A DNA stretch of 18,104 bases from Okeania sp. (GTDB lineage: Bacteria; Cyanobacteriota; Cyanobacteriia; Cyanobacteriales; Microcoleaceae). A program made the translations under genes and the position numbers. This document shows, piece by piece, positions 9,062-17,911 of the stretch. Location: contig NZ_JAYKGW010000069.1 of assembly GCF_035285525.1 (NCBI RefSeq), positions 1-18,104 on the forward strand, read 5' to 3'. Under the pieces are notes generated by a model that was not told the origin of the DNA, ran no database searches, and worked only from the letters and a program-made list of their open reading frames with translations. The stretch's first letter is position 1; every line of letters starts with the position of its first letter.

Positions 9062-11107
9062 ATGGGCAAAGTAGTCGGCATAGACCTGGGCACAACAAAC
9101 TCCGTAGTATCCGTCATGGAAGGCGGAAAGCCAATCGTAATAGCTAATTCAGAAGGAATGCGTACCACACCATCTGTAGTTGGCTTTACTAAGGAAGGAG
9201 AACGAATAGTGGGACAGATGGCCAGAAGGCAAACGGTTCTGAATCCCCAGAACACTTTCTATGGAGTCAAACGATACATTGGACGTAAATACTCTGAACT
9301 ATCACCAGAGTCAAAACGTGTCCCCTATACGATTCGCCGGGACGAATACGGCAATGTCAAAATTAAATGTCCTCGAATGAAACGAGATTTTGCTCCTGAA
9401 GAAGTCTCGGCTATGATATTGCGAAAATTGGCAGATGAAGCAAGTCGTTATTTGGGAGAAGAGGTAACAGGAGCAGTAATTACCGTACCAGCTTATTTTA
9501 ATGATTCTCAAAGACAAGCTACTCGTGATGCGGGGACTATTGCGGGTCTGGAAGTAAAACGTATTTTAAATGAACCAACTGCAGCATCTCTAGCTTATGG
9601 ATTAGAAAATACAGAAAATCAGGTAATTTTGGTCTTTGACTTGGGTGGAGGTACATTTGATGTTTCTATCTTGGAAGTAGGAGATGGAGTATTTGAAGTT
9701 AAAGCTACCAGTGGTGATACTCAACTAGGTGGAAATGATTTTGACCAACGAGTAGTTGATTGGTTAGCTGAACAATTTTTAGAAGCGGAAGGAATAGATT
9801 TAAGAACTGACCGTCAAGCTCTACAAAGACTGACTGAAGCTGCCGAAAAAGCCAAAATTGAATTATCTGGGGTGGGGGTGACAGAAATTAATCTCCCCTT
9901 TATTACGGCCACACCAGATGGTCCTAAACATCTGGAAACTAGGCTAACTCGCTCTCAATTTGAAGGACTTTGTGGAGATTTAGTTCCCAGAATCCGACGT
10001 CCAGTAAAAATGGCTTTGAAAGATGCTGGTATTAATCCTTCTATGATTGATGAGGTAGTATTAGTAGGAGGTTCAACTCGGATTCCTTTTGTCCAAGACT
10101 TAGTTTATTCTCTGATTGATAGAGAACCAAATCAGGGAGTTAATCCTGATGAAGTTGTGGCAGTGGGGGCAGCTATTCAGGCTGGTATTTTAGGTGGGGA
10201 TGTCCGAGATGTGTTATTATTAGACGTGACCCCATTGTCTGTAGGCTTAGAAACTATCGGGGGAGTGATGAAAAAACTTATTCCTCGAAATACTACTATT
10301 CCGGTACGACGTTCTGATATCTTTTCTACTGGCGAAAATAATCAAACCTTAGTTGAAATTCATGTAATTCAGGGAGAACGAGAAATAGCTGCTGATAATA
10401 AGTCTCTCGGAAAATTTAAACTTACCGGTATTCCACCTGCACCAAGGGGTGTCCCCCAGGTACAAGTTGCCTTTGATGTTGATGCTAATGGTATTTTGCA
10501 GGTAACGGCGATGGACAAAACTACTGGTAGGTCTCAAAGTATTACGATTCAAGGAGCTTCCACTTTAAGTCAGCAAGAAATTAGTCAGATGATTCGGGAT
10601 GCGGAAAAGTTTGCTGAAGCAGATCGACTGAAACGGGAGCGGGTAGATAAGCGTAATAAGGCTGAGGCTTTGGCCTTTCAAGCCGAACGACAACTCCGAG
10701 AGGTGGCCTTGGATTATGGGATGCAGTTTGCGGCCAGAAGTCGTCAACGGATTGAGATGTTGATTAGGGAACTGCGGGATAGTTTGGAACAGGATGATGA
10801 AAGGGGTATCGATCAGGTGGGGGTTGATTTACAAGATGCTCTCTACGATCTGAAACGTGAGATTTCAATTTATACTTCGGAAGAGAGTGATGATGATTTC
10901 TTTGGGTCTGTGCGCCGAACTATATCTGGGAATGAGCGTAAGTACAGGGAACGTTATGATTATGATTATGAACCTAGGGTTTATGATCGTCCTCCTGAGC
11001 GTCGAATTAGTAATCGTCCAACTCGTCCAACTCGTCCAACTCGTCCAACTCGTCCTTATCAAAGTCAAGATTGGGATAATGATGATGATGATGATGATTG
11101 GTTGTAA
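9062..11107 (+). CDS. dnaK: Hsp70 chaperone DnaK paralog with a non-canonical extended C-terminus (DnaK3-like, inferred from tail and linkage)
   Basis: [26 protein letters not shown] and [10 protein letters not shown] actin-fold ATPase motifs, plus a substrate-binding domain. The tail is ...[32 protein letters not shown] rather than a short acidic lid end. Confidence 0.93.
   Translation: MGKVVGIDLGTTNSVVSVMEGGKPIVIANSEGMRTTPSVVGFTKEGERIVGQMARRQTVLNPQNTFYGVKRYIGRKYSELSPESKRVPYTIRRDEYGNVKIKCPRMKRDFAPEEVSAMILRKLADEASRYLGEEVTGAVITVPAYFNDSQRQATRDAGTIAGLEVKRILNEPTAASLAYGLENTENQVILVFDLGGGTFDVSILEVGDGVFEVKATSGDTQLGGNDFDQRVVDWLAEQFLEAEGIDLRTDRQALQRLTEAAEKAKIELSGVGVTEINLPFITATPDGPKHLETRLTRSQFEGLCGDLVPRIRRPVKMALKDAGINPSMIDEVVLVGGSTRIPFVQDLVYSLIDREPNQGVNPDEVVAVGAAIQAGILGGDVRDVLLLDVTPLSVGLETIGGVMKKLIPRNTTIPVRRSDIFSTGENNQTLVEIHVIQGEREIAADNKSLGKFKLTGIPPAPRGVPQVQVAFDVDANGILQVTAMDKTTGRSQSITIQGASTLSQQEISQMIRDAEKFAEADRLKRERVDKRNKAEALAFQAERQLREVALDYGMQFAARSRQRIEMLIRELRDSLEQDDERGIDQVGVDLQDALYDLKREISIYTSEESDDDFFGSVRRTISGNERKYRERYDYDYEPRVYDRPPERRISNRPTRPTRPTRPTRPYQSQDWDNDDDDDDWL
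11015..11056 (+). repeat. In-frame nonamer repeat (CGTCCAACT x4 plus a partial unit) encoding (RPT)n in the DnaK tail; (GAT)6 follows at 11081-11098
   Basis: Units start at 11015, 11024, 11033 and 11042. The frame was checked against the 9062 start. Confidence 0.95.
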
Positions 11108-11109
11108 GA

Positions 11110-11137
11110 GGGAGTAGGGAGTAGGGAGTAGGGAGTA
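11110..11137 (+). repeat. STRR-type heptamer array (GGGAGTA) x4, beginning 2 nt after the dnaK stop codon
   Basis: Perfect units at 11110, 11117, 11124 and 11131. This is the exact reverse complement of the TACTCCC tract inside MITE copy A. Confidence 0.95.
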
Positions 11138-11707
11138 GTAATTGATAGTTTATGGATAAGAATTAATTTTATTTTTAATTTTTAGAGATGTCTATTGTGT
11201 ATTTTAGGTTAGGTAAAAGATACTTTTTTACTCTATTATTTAAAATGATATAGTGAACATCAAAAGTTATTGTATATTTAAAATTAAATAACTTAGTTAT
11301 TATGATGACTGAGGAGGTGAGAATTGAAAAATTTTCTAACTTAATCAGTAATTACTATATCTATAATTCTGGCTATCAAGTGAGAAGTATTAAATCTATA
11401 GTAGCAATCCTATATTCAAAATTTTTATAATAGTTAGTTTGAACTGATTTTTTTTAACTTCTCATTGTCTAACCATTAAATAAAATATTACAACTGAAAT
11501 AGAATTACTATACTAAGCCGTTCACCATTTAAACCCTATATTTGTTCTGTTCTTAGTTAAGAAGACAAACCTGATTAATTATTATGACTTATGACTCCTG
11601 ACATATAAGTTGCTGAAAAGCATTTTCAATATGTCTTAACTTATTTGTTTCAAGGAATGAAAAGAAAATATTTATTATTCAAACTACCTATAAGTTTAAG
11701 TTAGCAA

Positions 11708-12709
11708 ATGCAAAACTTTCGGAATTATTATCAGATTCTAGATGTTTCTAAAGATGCTTCAGTGGATGAAATCAAGAAAGCATATAGACGATTAGCACGA
11801 CAATTTCATCCAGATGTAAATCCAGGAAATAAACAGGCAGAAGAAAAGTTTAAAGATATTAATGAAGCTTACGATATTTTATCAGATTTAGACAAACGGG
11901 AAGAGTATGATAAGTTTATTCGATATTGGAAGCCAAAAGGAATTGGTAATAGAATGGGAGTACGGGTTCCCGATCTGAGAAATTGGGGAGATAATTTTTC
12001 TGGAAATAGTGGTAGGTTAGACAAGGATGTTGATGTTAGTGATTTTTCTGATTTTAATACTTTTGTAGACCAATTGTTGGGTCGTCGTCGGGAAGTTAAA
12101 ACTCCAGCAACGGCAGCAAAACTAAGAACTCAGTCGTCTAGTGTTTATCGCCCTACTCAAAAAAAAGCAGTTTATAAGGCGATGGAAAGGGAGGCTAAAA
12201 AGGATATTGAGGCTAAGTTGACTTTGCCTCTGGAAAAGGCTTATGTGGGAGGGGTTGAGAAAATACGTTTGGAGGATGGACGGTCTATAGAGGTAAATAT
12301 GCCTGCTGCTATGGTTAGTGGTCAAAGGATTCGTCTGAAAAATCAGGGCATTGGTGGGGGAGATTTGTATTTGAAAATTACGGTCGCTCCTCATGGTTTT
12401 TATCAGTTGGAGGGGGCGGACATTTTTTGTGAGTTGCCTATTACTCTTGTGGAGGCTGTTTTGGGTGGGGATGTTGAGGTTCCGACTTTGGATGGTTGGG
12501 TGAAGATGAAGTTGCCTCCAGGGGTGGTTTCTGGTCAACGTTTACGACTTGCGAGTAAGGGGTATCCTGATGGGAAGGGGGAGCGTGGAGACCAGTTGGT
12601 GGAGATTAAGATTGTGACTCCGAAGCAGCTTAGTGAGGAGGAGTTGGAGATATATCAGAAGTTACGGGATGTTGAGAGGTTTAAGCCACGAAAGGATTTG
12701 CCTGTTTGA
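11708..12709 (+). CDS. dnaJ: DnaJ-family co-chaperone lacking the Cys-rich zinc-finger domain (type II / CbpA-like, DnaJ3-like by linkage)
   Basis: J domain [35 protein letters not shown] with an HPD loop. No CxxCxGxG repeats. C-terminal substrate-binding domains present ([38 protein letters not shown]...). Confidence 0.9.
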   Translation: MQNFRNYYQILDVSKDASVDEIKKAYRRLARQFHPDVNPGNKQAEEKFKDINEAYDILSDLDKREEYDKFIRYWKPKGIGNRMGVRVPDLRNWGDNFSGNSGRLDKDVDVSDFSDFNTFVDQLLGRRREVKTPATAAKLRTQSSSVYRPTQKKAVYKAMEREAKKDIEAKLTLPLEKAYVGGVEKIRLEDGRSIEVNMPAAMVSGQRIRLKNQGIGGGDLYLKITVAPHGFYQLEGADIFCELPITLVEAVLGGDVEVPTLDGWVKMKLPPGVVSGQRLRLASKGYPDGKGERGDQLVEIKIVTPKQLSEEELEIYQKLRDVERFKPRKDLPV

Positions 12710-12756
12710 TTTGGTTTTTGGCTGAGTATGGGAAGCGTGGGAAAGTCAAGTAAAGA

Positions 12757-13465
12757 CTGAGAACATTAGTTTATATCTTTAAGGTTGAATAAAAAATCAT
12801 GCGTATAGACGAGTTGATCCATTAAAATAAATGATATCACATTTTTTTGAGGAATGCAAGCTGGATACTGAACAAAATTTTTTTGGGAGCTTTAGAAAAT
12901 GATAATTGGTTTGGGGTGATCGCCTTTAGTAATTTCGGCAGGAATTTTTTCCTGAGAGGCAAGACATATAGTGGTTCTCATTTAAGCGAAATGCTATTAC
13001 AGGCAAGATACTTTTATTATTAATATTTGTATTTCAGATACTGAGAATCTGCTGCATGGACTTTGGTTGAATAAAAAATCATAATTGTAGACAAGTATAC
13101 CCAGTAGAATATACTTTATCACGATTTTTGGCAGAATGCAACCCCACTGCTACATAAAAATTTTTTGGGAGCTTCAGAAAATGATAATTGGTTGGAGGCG
13201 ATCGCCTGTAGTGCTTCGGCAGAAAATTTTGGCTTCGAGACACATACAGGTATTGCAGACAAGATAAATGTCTATGGTAAAGAGGTTTGATGCTGAATGT
13301 CTGTATTTCAGATACTGAGAATCTGCTGTATGGGCTTTAATTGAATAAAAAATCATATATACAAACAAGTAGACCCAGTAAAATATACTTTATCACGTTT
13401 TTTTGAAGAATGCAACCCCACTACTGGATAAAAAATTTTGGGAAGCTTGAGGAAATGATAAAAAT
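12757..13465 (+). repeat. Non-coding tandem array, ~2.5 copies of a 274-282 bp unit
   Basis: Unit starts (GGTTGAATAAAAAATCAT) at 12783, 13065 and 13339. Conserved blocks: TGTATTTCAGATACTGAGAATCTGCTG.ATGG.CTTT + TTGAATAAAAAATCAT, TATCAC..TTTTTG..GAATGCAA, TTTTGGGAGCTT.AGAAAATGATAA. No ORF is conserved between units. Confidence 0.9.
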
Positions 13466-13576
13466 TTTTTGCCTTTTCTCAGATAGTCTTTGAGAAAAAT
13501 TTATGAAATTATACCTGGCAAAAATTTGGCAGATTCAGAAATTTATGGGAATAAAAGTTAGCAGTTTGAATGATGT

Positions 13577-13608
13577 TTGTAGAGACGCTTTATAGAACAT
13601 CTCTACAA
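13577..13608 (+). terminator. Palindromic hairpin TTGTAGAGA...TCTCTACAA followed by AATTTTTG; terminator-like, and it resembles a dispersed GTAGAGACG-type palindrome of filamentous cyanobacteria
   Basis: 9-bp perfect stem (13577-13585 / 13600-13608) with a 14-nt loop and a downstream T5 run. Confidence 0.4.
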
Positions 13609-13660
13609 AATTTTTGCGGGCAAAAAAAATACTAACTAATGGATAACGGATAATTGATAA

Positions 13661-13877
13661 TTAGGGCTAGCTGATTAAATCTCAAATAATTTATAGATCA
13701 AGGTATTGGCATTTTTAGGTCGGGAAAAAGTACCTAGTTTTCATATCTTTATGCACAGTTCCCAAAAAATAAAAAAGTTAGCATATTGGGCAAGAGTTGA
13801 GCCAAAAATTACTCCCCCATTCCCCTATTCCCCTACTCTTTAAAAAATACTTTTTCAGCAAGCCAACCCTAATTAAT
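13661..13877 (+). mobile_element. MITE-like repeat, copy C (~217 bp)
   Basis: TTAGGGCTAGCTGATTAAATCTCAAA, ATTTTTAGGTCGGGAAAAAGTAC, C-rich tract ACTCCCCCATTCCCCTATTCCCCTACTC. The right end AGCAAGCCAACCCTAATTAAT is approximately the inverted left end. An isolated end-like fragment TTAGGGCTGGGTGATGAAAT lies at about 14030-14050. Confidence 0.7.
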
Positions 13878-14284
13878 CTCCAAAGTTTTAAAACTCCTCC
13901 TTTTAAGGATAAAAAAGAAATAATATTTCTGTATTTGGTGCAATCGTCTTGATTTTAACCAGAGGTAATTATTCATTATCAATGATCCATTATCAATTAA
14001 TAAAAACCTGAATAAAAACCAATAATTAATTAGGGCTGGGTGATGAAATATAATGGATAATTAATAATTAGAGATATAGTAATGTTATTTTATTCGTGTC
14101 AAAAATCTTGCTAATTTTGGGAAATGAGTTTGAAGGCAATGATTAATAGGTAAAAGTTTCAGAATTGATTTATAGTTTTTGAATTGTGACAACCTAATTT
14201 AGTAATTTTATAGTTTTCATTATCCATGAATAAAGATTGTTATATACTAAAATAGTAGATATTTACTAATACTATTAGGTCACA

Positions 14285-16777
14285 ATGAATTTAATTCCTC
14301 ATCAATGTCAAGATTTACAAAATCAGGTAGAAAATCTACTGCAATTATTGCATCAAGAGCCTACTTTGAGACACGAAGATACAACGGCTGTTCGCTCTTC
14401 TTTAAATAAAGTAATTTCTCCAAAATTTGAAATAGTATTTGCTGGTGCTTTTAGTGCAGGAAAGTCGATGTTGATTAATGCTTTATTAGGTAGAGAATTA
14501 CTCTATAGTGCGGAAGGTCATGCCACAGGAACCGAATGTTATATTGAATATGCTGAACCTGAAAAAGAAAGAGTGGTTTTGACATTTTTAAGTATTGCTG
14601 AAATTCAGGAACAAGTATCAGTTTTAAGGAGGCAATTAGGTTTAGACTCGAATGCAAATATTGAACAATCAGAGGTGATTGGAATTATTCGGGAACAATG
14701 TAATGCAATTATTAAAAATGAAGGAGGGGAAAATAAATCGGAACGCGCTAAACAAGCAAAGGCATTAAAGTTATTGGTGGATGGTTTTGAGGCAAATCAA
14801 GAATGTATTCATCCGATGCAAAATTCTATTTTTTCAATGGAACAGTTTAATTTTTCTAACCTGAAGGAAGCAGCTAGTTATGCGCGAAGAGGAATGAATA
14901 GTGCTGTGTTGAAGAAGGTGGAATATTATTGTCATCATCCTTTATTAGAGGATGGAAATGTCATTATTGATACTCCCGGAATTGATGCTCCTGTGGAGAA
15001 GGATGCTCAAGTTACTTATGACAAAATAGAGAACCCAGACACTTCGGCTGTTGTTTGTGTTTTGAAGCCTGCTGCTGCTGGAGATATGACAACTGAGGAA
15101 ACAGAATTATTGGAAAAAATGCGAGAAAATCCTGGTATTAGAGATAGGGTTTTTTATGTTTTTAATCGCATAGATGAAACTTGGTATAATTCTCAACTTC
15201 GACAAAGATTAGAAAGTTTGATTATTTCTGATTTTAGAGATACGGAAAGGATTTATAAAACCAGTGGTTTATTAGGTTTTTATGGCAGTTTAATTAAAGA
15301 GACAAGTCGAGGCGATCGCTTTGGTTTGGATACTATATTTGTTAATAGTGTTAAAGGTTTGGATGGAGAGGAGGAAACGCCACAGTTTGTTTATGCTTTT
15401 AATAATTATTGTGGAACTTCTCGGAAACTTCCTAGTAATTTTCGGGTAAGTATTAATGGTTTTGAGTCGCCTAATGAAAATTATGTCAGGATTTTAGATG
15501 AGTGGGGAAAACCGTTAATTGAACAATTAATTATTGATAGTGGAATAGAGGAGTTTCGGAATGGAATTACTCGTTATCTGAAGGAGGAGAAACGCCCGCA
15601 GTTATTTGCAAATTTGGCAGATGATTTACAAAGTATCTGTATACAATTACAGAAAAATTATTTAGGAACTCAGCGAGATTTGGCAAGTCAACCTCAAGAA
15701 ATAGAGGCGATGAAAGCTCAGGAATTATTGTTATTAAATTCTCAACTCCAAGAGGTGGGTGAGGGATTTAGTCAACATATTTCTGAGGAAGTAAATTTGT
15801 TAGTCACAAATAAATGTGATGGTTTTGAGGCTGATTTTAATCAACTCCAATCTCGAATGATTCGTCGTTTAGATGAACTGTTAGATACTTTTTCTGTGGA
15901 AGCTGCTTATAGTCGAGCAACTATTAATCATCCCCGGAATGCAACGGCTCCTTTATTGGCAGTTTTAGTAGAGGCACTTTATTATTTAGCTAATCAATTA
16001 GAGGATATTTTAGTTGATTCTACTCAGTTAGTAGTAACTGGATTTTTTCAACGTTTAATTGATAGGGTTCGCAAGTCAGAATATTATCGACAACTCTATC
16101 GTTTGTTAGGTAATGATGGAGGGATTGAAAAGCATTTAAAGGAGGTAGAAAAAGAAGTTAGTACGGCATTAATAAGTGCGGCGCGAATAGAATGTGATAG
16201 GTTTGTACGAGAAAGTCCGCGTTTTTATGATGAAGGAACTTTTTCTATTTATCAGTTTCGCCAGACTTTATTACAGACTTCTCAAAGTTTTGATTGTAGT
16301 AGTATGGTGGAGGCGGAACCTGCAATTAGACAATTGTTGAAGTTAGATTTTGAGCCAAAAGTTTCTAAGACTATTCGGCAAACTTTTCGGCAAACTGTGA
16401 ATCAAACTTTGAAGACTAATTTATTACCAATGGCTGAAAAACAAGGGGAGGATATTATGCAGCAATATAATCAAGCGCGGAAATATTTAGAGCAAAGTTT
16501 GGAGAAGGAAGCTACTGAGAAAATTCAGAGAAATTTACGTTTTCAAGTTGAGGTTGAGGAGAAGATTAAGGTTTATAATCGGATAGTTTCTTATATTAAT
16601 GGTTGTCTCCAGGCAATGTTGTTGAATGAGCGACAGTTGCCAATTATTTCTGAGTTTGATTTTGGCAAAAGTGAGGAAAATTTGGAAGTGGTAAGTAGTG
16701 AGAATGAGAAGTTATTGGAAAGTGAGGAAGTCTCGCCTCTTGATGATTTACGTCAAAAGATGAATTTGAATAGTTAG
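14285..16777 (+). CDS. Bacterial dynamin-like GTPase (BDLP/DynA-type large GTPase) with a long helical stalk and a KGK-type C-terminal tail
   Basis: G1 P-loop GAFSAGKS (14444-14467), G3 DTPG (14969-14980), G4-like NRID (15164-15175). These are followed by ~500 aa of helical, Glu/Gln/Leu-rich sequence. No convincing TM segment by eye. Confidence 0.85.
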   Translation: MNLIPHQCQDLQNQVENLLQLLHQEPTLRHEDTTAVRSSLNKVISPKFEIVFAGAFSAGKSMLINALLGRELLYSAEGHATGTECYIEYAEPEKERVVLTFLSIAEIQEQVSVLRRQLGLDSNANIEQSEVIGIIREQCNAIIKNEGGENKSERAKQAKALKLLVDGFEANQECIHPMQNSIFSMEQFNFSNLKEAASYARRGMNSAVLKKVEYYCHHPLLEDGNVIIDTPGIDAPVEKDAQVTYDKIENPDTSAVVCVLKPAAAGDMTTEETELLEKMRENPGIRDRVFYVFNRIDETWYNSQLRQRLESLIISDFRDTERIYKTSGLLGFYGSLIKETSRGDRFGLDTIFVNSVKGLDGEEETPQFVYAFNNYCGTSRKLPSNFRVSINGFESPNENYVRILDEWGKPLIEQLIIDSGIEEFRNGITRYLKEEKRPQLFANLADDLQSICIQLQKNYLGTQRDLASQPQEIEAMKAQELLLLNSQLQEVGEGFSQHISEEVNLLVTNKCDGFEADFNQLQSRMIRRLDELLDTFSVEAAYSRATINHPRNATAPLLAVLVEALYYLANQLEDILVDSTQLVVTGFFQRLIDRVRKSEYYRQLYRLLGNDGGIEKHLKEVEKEVSTALISAARIECDRFVRESPRFYDEGTFSIYQFRQTLLQTSQSFDCSSMVEAEPAIRQLLKLDFEPKVSKTIRQTFRQTVNQTLKTNLLPMAEKQGEDIMQQYNQARKYLEQSLEKEATEKIQRNLRFQVEVEEKIKVYNRIVSYINGCLQAMLLNERQLPIISEFDFGKSEENLEVVSSENEKLLESEEVSPLDDLRQKMNLNS

Positions 16778-16825
16778 GGGAATTTTTTAGTAAGTATTTA
16801 GCCATAAAGTAAACATTAAGAAGTT

Positions 16826-16958
16826 AGCTATAGCAATTCTAAATAGTTTGTAAGATTTTATCGTAGGGGTTTGGTCTCCAAACCCAAGTGCCGAGAGATT
16901 TGGAAACTAAACCCCTAAAGTTTTTTCTCACAAATTATTTTATGTTGCTATATCAGCT
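16826..16958. repeat. 133-bp long imperfect inverted repeat (hairpin-forming element) 49 nt after the dynamin-like gene
   Basis: The left arm AGCTATAGCAATTCTAAATAGTTTGTAAG (16826-16854) pairs with the right arm CTCACAAATTATTTTATGTTGCTATATCAGCT (16927-16958) at roughly 24 of 30 positions. The core holds nested stems. Confidence 0.8.
16865..16926 (+). terminator. Probable terminator of the dynamin-like gene, embedded in the long palindrome
   Basis: AGGGGTTT (16865-16872) pairs with AAACCCCT (16909-16916), followed by AAAG and T6 (16921-16926). Inner alternative hairpin GTTTGG-TCT-CCAAAC. Confidence 0.55.
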
Positions 16959-17369
16959 ATTAGTTTTATTGCTTTTAGTTGGCAAATAGAGCTACTTGCT
17001 TTTGTTCTTAAATTATCTAGTTGAAAATGTAGTAGAAGTTAAGCGAATATTTGCTTTATTCATTAAAAATATGTTTGCGTAGTATTCCGCAGAAAAAGTT
17101 TAATATTAATAGCTGAATCAGTTATTTCTGAGAGAAGGAGGTAAAAGCAATTGAAAAATTTAGAGAGAGTTAAAAGTTACTGAAAAAGTAAGATTATTTA
17201 ATTTTAGAAGGAATTATTCATTATTTGCTGAAGTCTTTACTGTTAAGAGTTGGTTGTGCAGCATTCCGCAGGAAATGTTTACATTTTTTATCTGAAAAAA
17301 GTGTAGAATATTTTTGAGGTATCCTAGAATTACTCGCTAAATATTTTATTGGAAACGGAGAAATTAAAA

Positions 17370-17799
17370 ATGGCAAATAATTCAGATAATCAAGAATTTA
17401 TTTTTCTGGAGGGAGAAGAGCTTGTTAAACTCGATAAAAAAAACATATAACCAATTAAATTTATCTGGAAACAACTTTGATAATTTACATCTAGTAATTG
17501 AACAATTAAAGCCAGTAATTATTCAAAGAGTGCTAAATGATAATAATTTAAAAAATCAGTTATTTGGAGATGGTATAGATATAGAATCTGAGATTTTGAA
17601 ACCAGGTAAACAATGGCAAAAAGGGAAAATTAAGGTAGAACTTAATTTCAAATTTTACCCTGATGAACCTGAAGCAAAAATCGAACAAAAACAATTAAAT
17701 CAGTTAGAAAGTTCTAGTGATAATAATTCTGAAGTTTTGGAAACTGAAGTATCTCCACTTGATGATTTACGGCAAAAATTTAATCAGGAAAATCAGTAG
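17370..17799 (+). pseudogene. KGK-domain protein gene, read as two frames joined at an A8 run (frameshifted pseudogene, slippage-dependent gene, or sequencing error)
   Basis: ATG 17370 has GGAG 9 nt upstream and opens a 26-codon ORF (MANNSDNQEFIFLEGEELVKLDKKNI*) ending at 17450. The 17422-17799 frame has no Met codon at all but encodes the KGK core (GDGIDIESEILKPGKQWQKGKIKVELNFKFYPDEPE). Removing one A from 17436-17443 fuses them into ~142 aa. Confidence 0.6.
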
Positions 17800-17846
17800 A
17801 AACTTTCTAGGATAAAATTAATTTGTGTAGGAGATTTTTTCCCAGT
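17719..17846 (+). repeat. Direct repeat copy 1 (KGK tail coding region plus ~47 bp of 3' flank)
   Basis: Near-identical to 17978-18104 (offset 259/258 bp) with a few substitutions and one 1-nt indel. Confidence 0.9.
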
Positions 17847-17911
17847 TTATAGTTCTGCTTTAGTCCTACTAGATTTGTGGTGCTAAAGCACTACTACTAA
17901 CTAATATTTGA

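Noticed and set aside
9055-11117. Six short ORFs overlapping dnaK (9055-9255 -, 9311-9517 -, 10349-10552 -, 10565-10747 -, 10857-11117 +, 10865-11068 -)
   Set aside because: All lie inside the DnaK CDS in other frames. The last two are kept open by the in-frame nonamer and GAT repeats.
11311-11340. Shared AGGAGGT...AATTGAAAAATTT string at 11313-11340 and 17146-17170, each followed by a tiny TTG-initiated frame
   Set aside because: A 13-nt exact match of A/T-rich sequence is expected by chance several times in an 18-kb AT-rich window. The peptides are not similar.
12122-12538. 138-aa antisense ORF within dnaJ
   Set aside because: It lies opposite a motif-supported DnaJ C-terminal domain and has no recognisable features.
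13174-13368. 64-aa minus-strand ORF inside unit 2 of the ~280-bp tandem array
   Set aside because: The frame is not preserved in the neighbouring repeat units, so it is a chance ORF in non-coding repeat DNA.
12757-13465. Possible CRISPR array
   Set aside because: The period is ~280 bp, with no 25-40-bp repeat/spacer alternation and no cas genes in the window.
14475-14657. 60-aa antisense ORF within the dynamin-like gene
   Set aside because: It is embedded opposite the GTPase domain coding region, with no independent support.
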